A model generated the notes under the pieces. The model ran no database searches and was not told the DNA's origin. It saw only the letters and a program-made list of their open reading frames with translations. This document shows positions 63,801-64,000 of a stretch of DNA of 64,000 nucleotides, piece by piece. Every line of letters starts with the position of its first letter. Within the stretch, counting starts at the first letter, position 1. Origin of the DNA: Oikopleura dioica (Eukaryota; Animalia; Chordata); the NCBI GenBank assembly GCA_907165135.1, contig OU015568.1:11904001-11968000 (forward strand), in the 5' to 3' direction. Made by a program: the position numbers and the translations under genes.

Positions 63801-64000
63801 GAAATCGAAGCTGAATAAAGCGCATTCGAAGTTTCAACTTGTACCAAAAACACAATCATACAAAAAGTTAAAGTTTCGAAACTTTCCTTTTCAAAAACAT
63901 ACGAGAGCTAAAAATAGAAGAAAAATAACACAGAGATTTAAAAGAAACCTTCACTACACAAACAAAATGGTAAGAAATTACAATCATACACGGTCCTCCA

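Overview
Compact eukaryotic genomic DNA, most likely the appendicularian tunicate Oikopleura. This is inferred from ~40-nt modal introns, AG|GA-AG non-canonical introns, operon-like co-directional gene runs and the gene families present. Bases 1-49 kb are gene-dense: tRNA-Cys, a foldback/Mutator-like element with a nested hAT-like MITE, a non-catalytic PLA2-like secreted protein, KPNB1, ALG11, a minimal HCF, an MFS transporter, a divergent E-protein-like bHLH, an intron-rich connexin that the ORF track does not reveal, an ankyrin protein, TTLL5, a probable NDUFB5, GPALPP1, an orphan, a reticulocalbin (CREC) gene, LYPLA, a second ankyrin protein, a stand-alone RNase H-like gene, ACAT1, TXNDC9, GRK2/3 and a type II membrane kelch-like gene with a Tc1/mariner MITE in its last intron. 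Bases 49-64 kb contain no gene I can recognise. The most striking observation is in the reticulocalbin gene: five phase-matched, highly diverged alternative versions of the second EF-hand region, apparently a mutually exclusive exon array. All gene models were built by eye from splice signals and remembered protein motifs; no searches were run.
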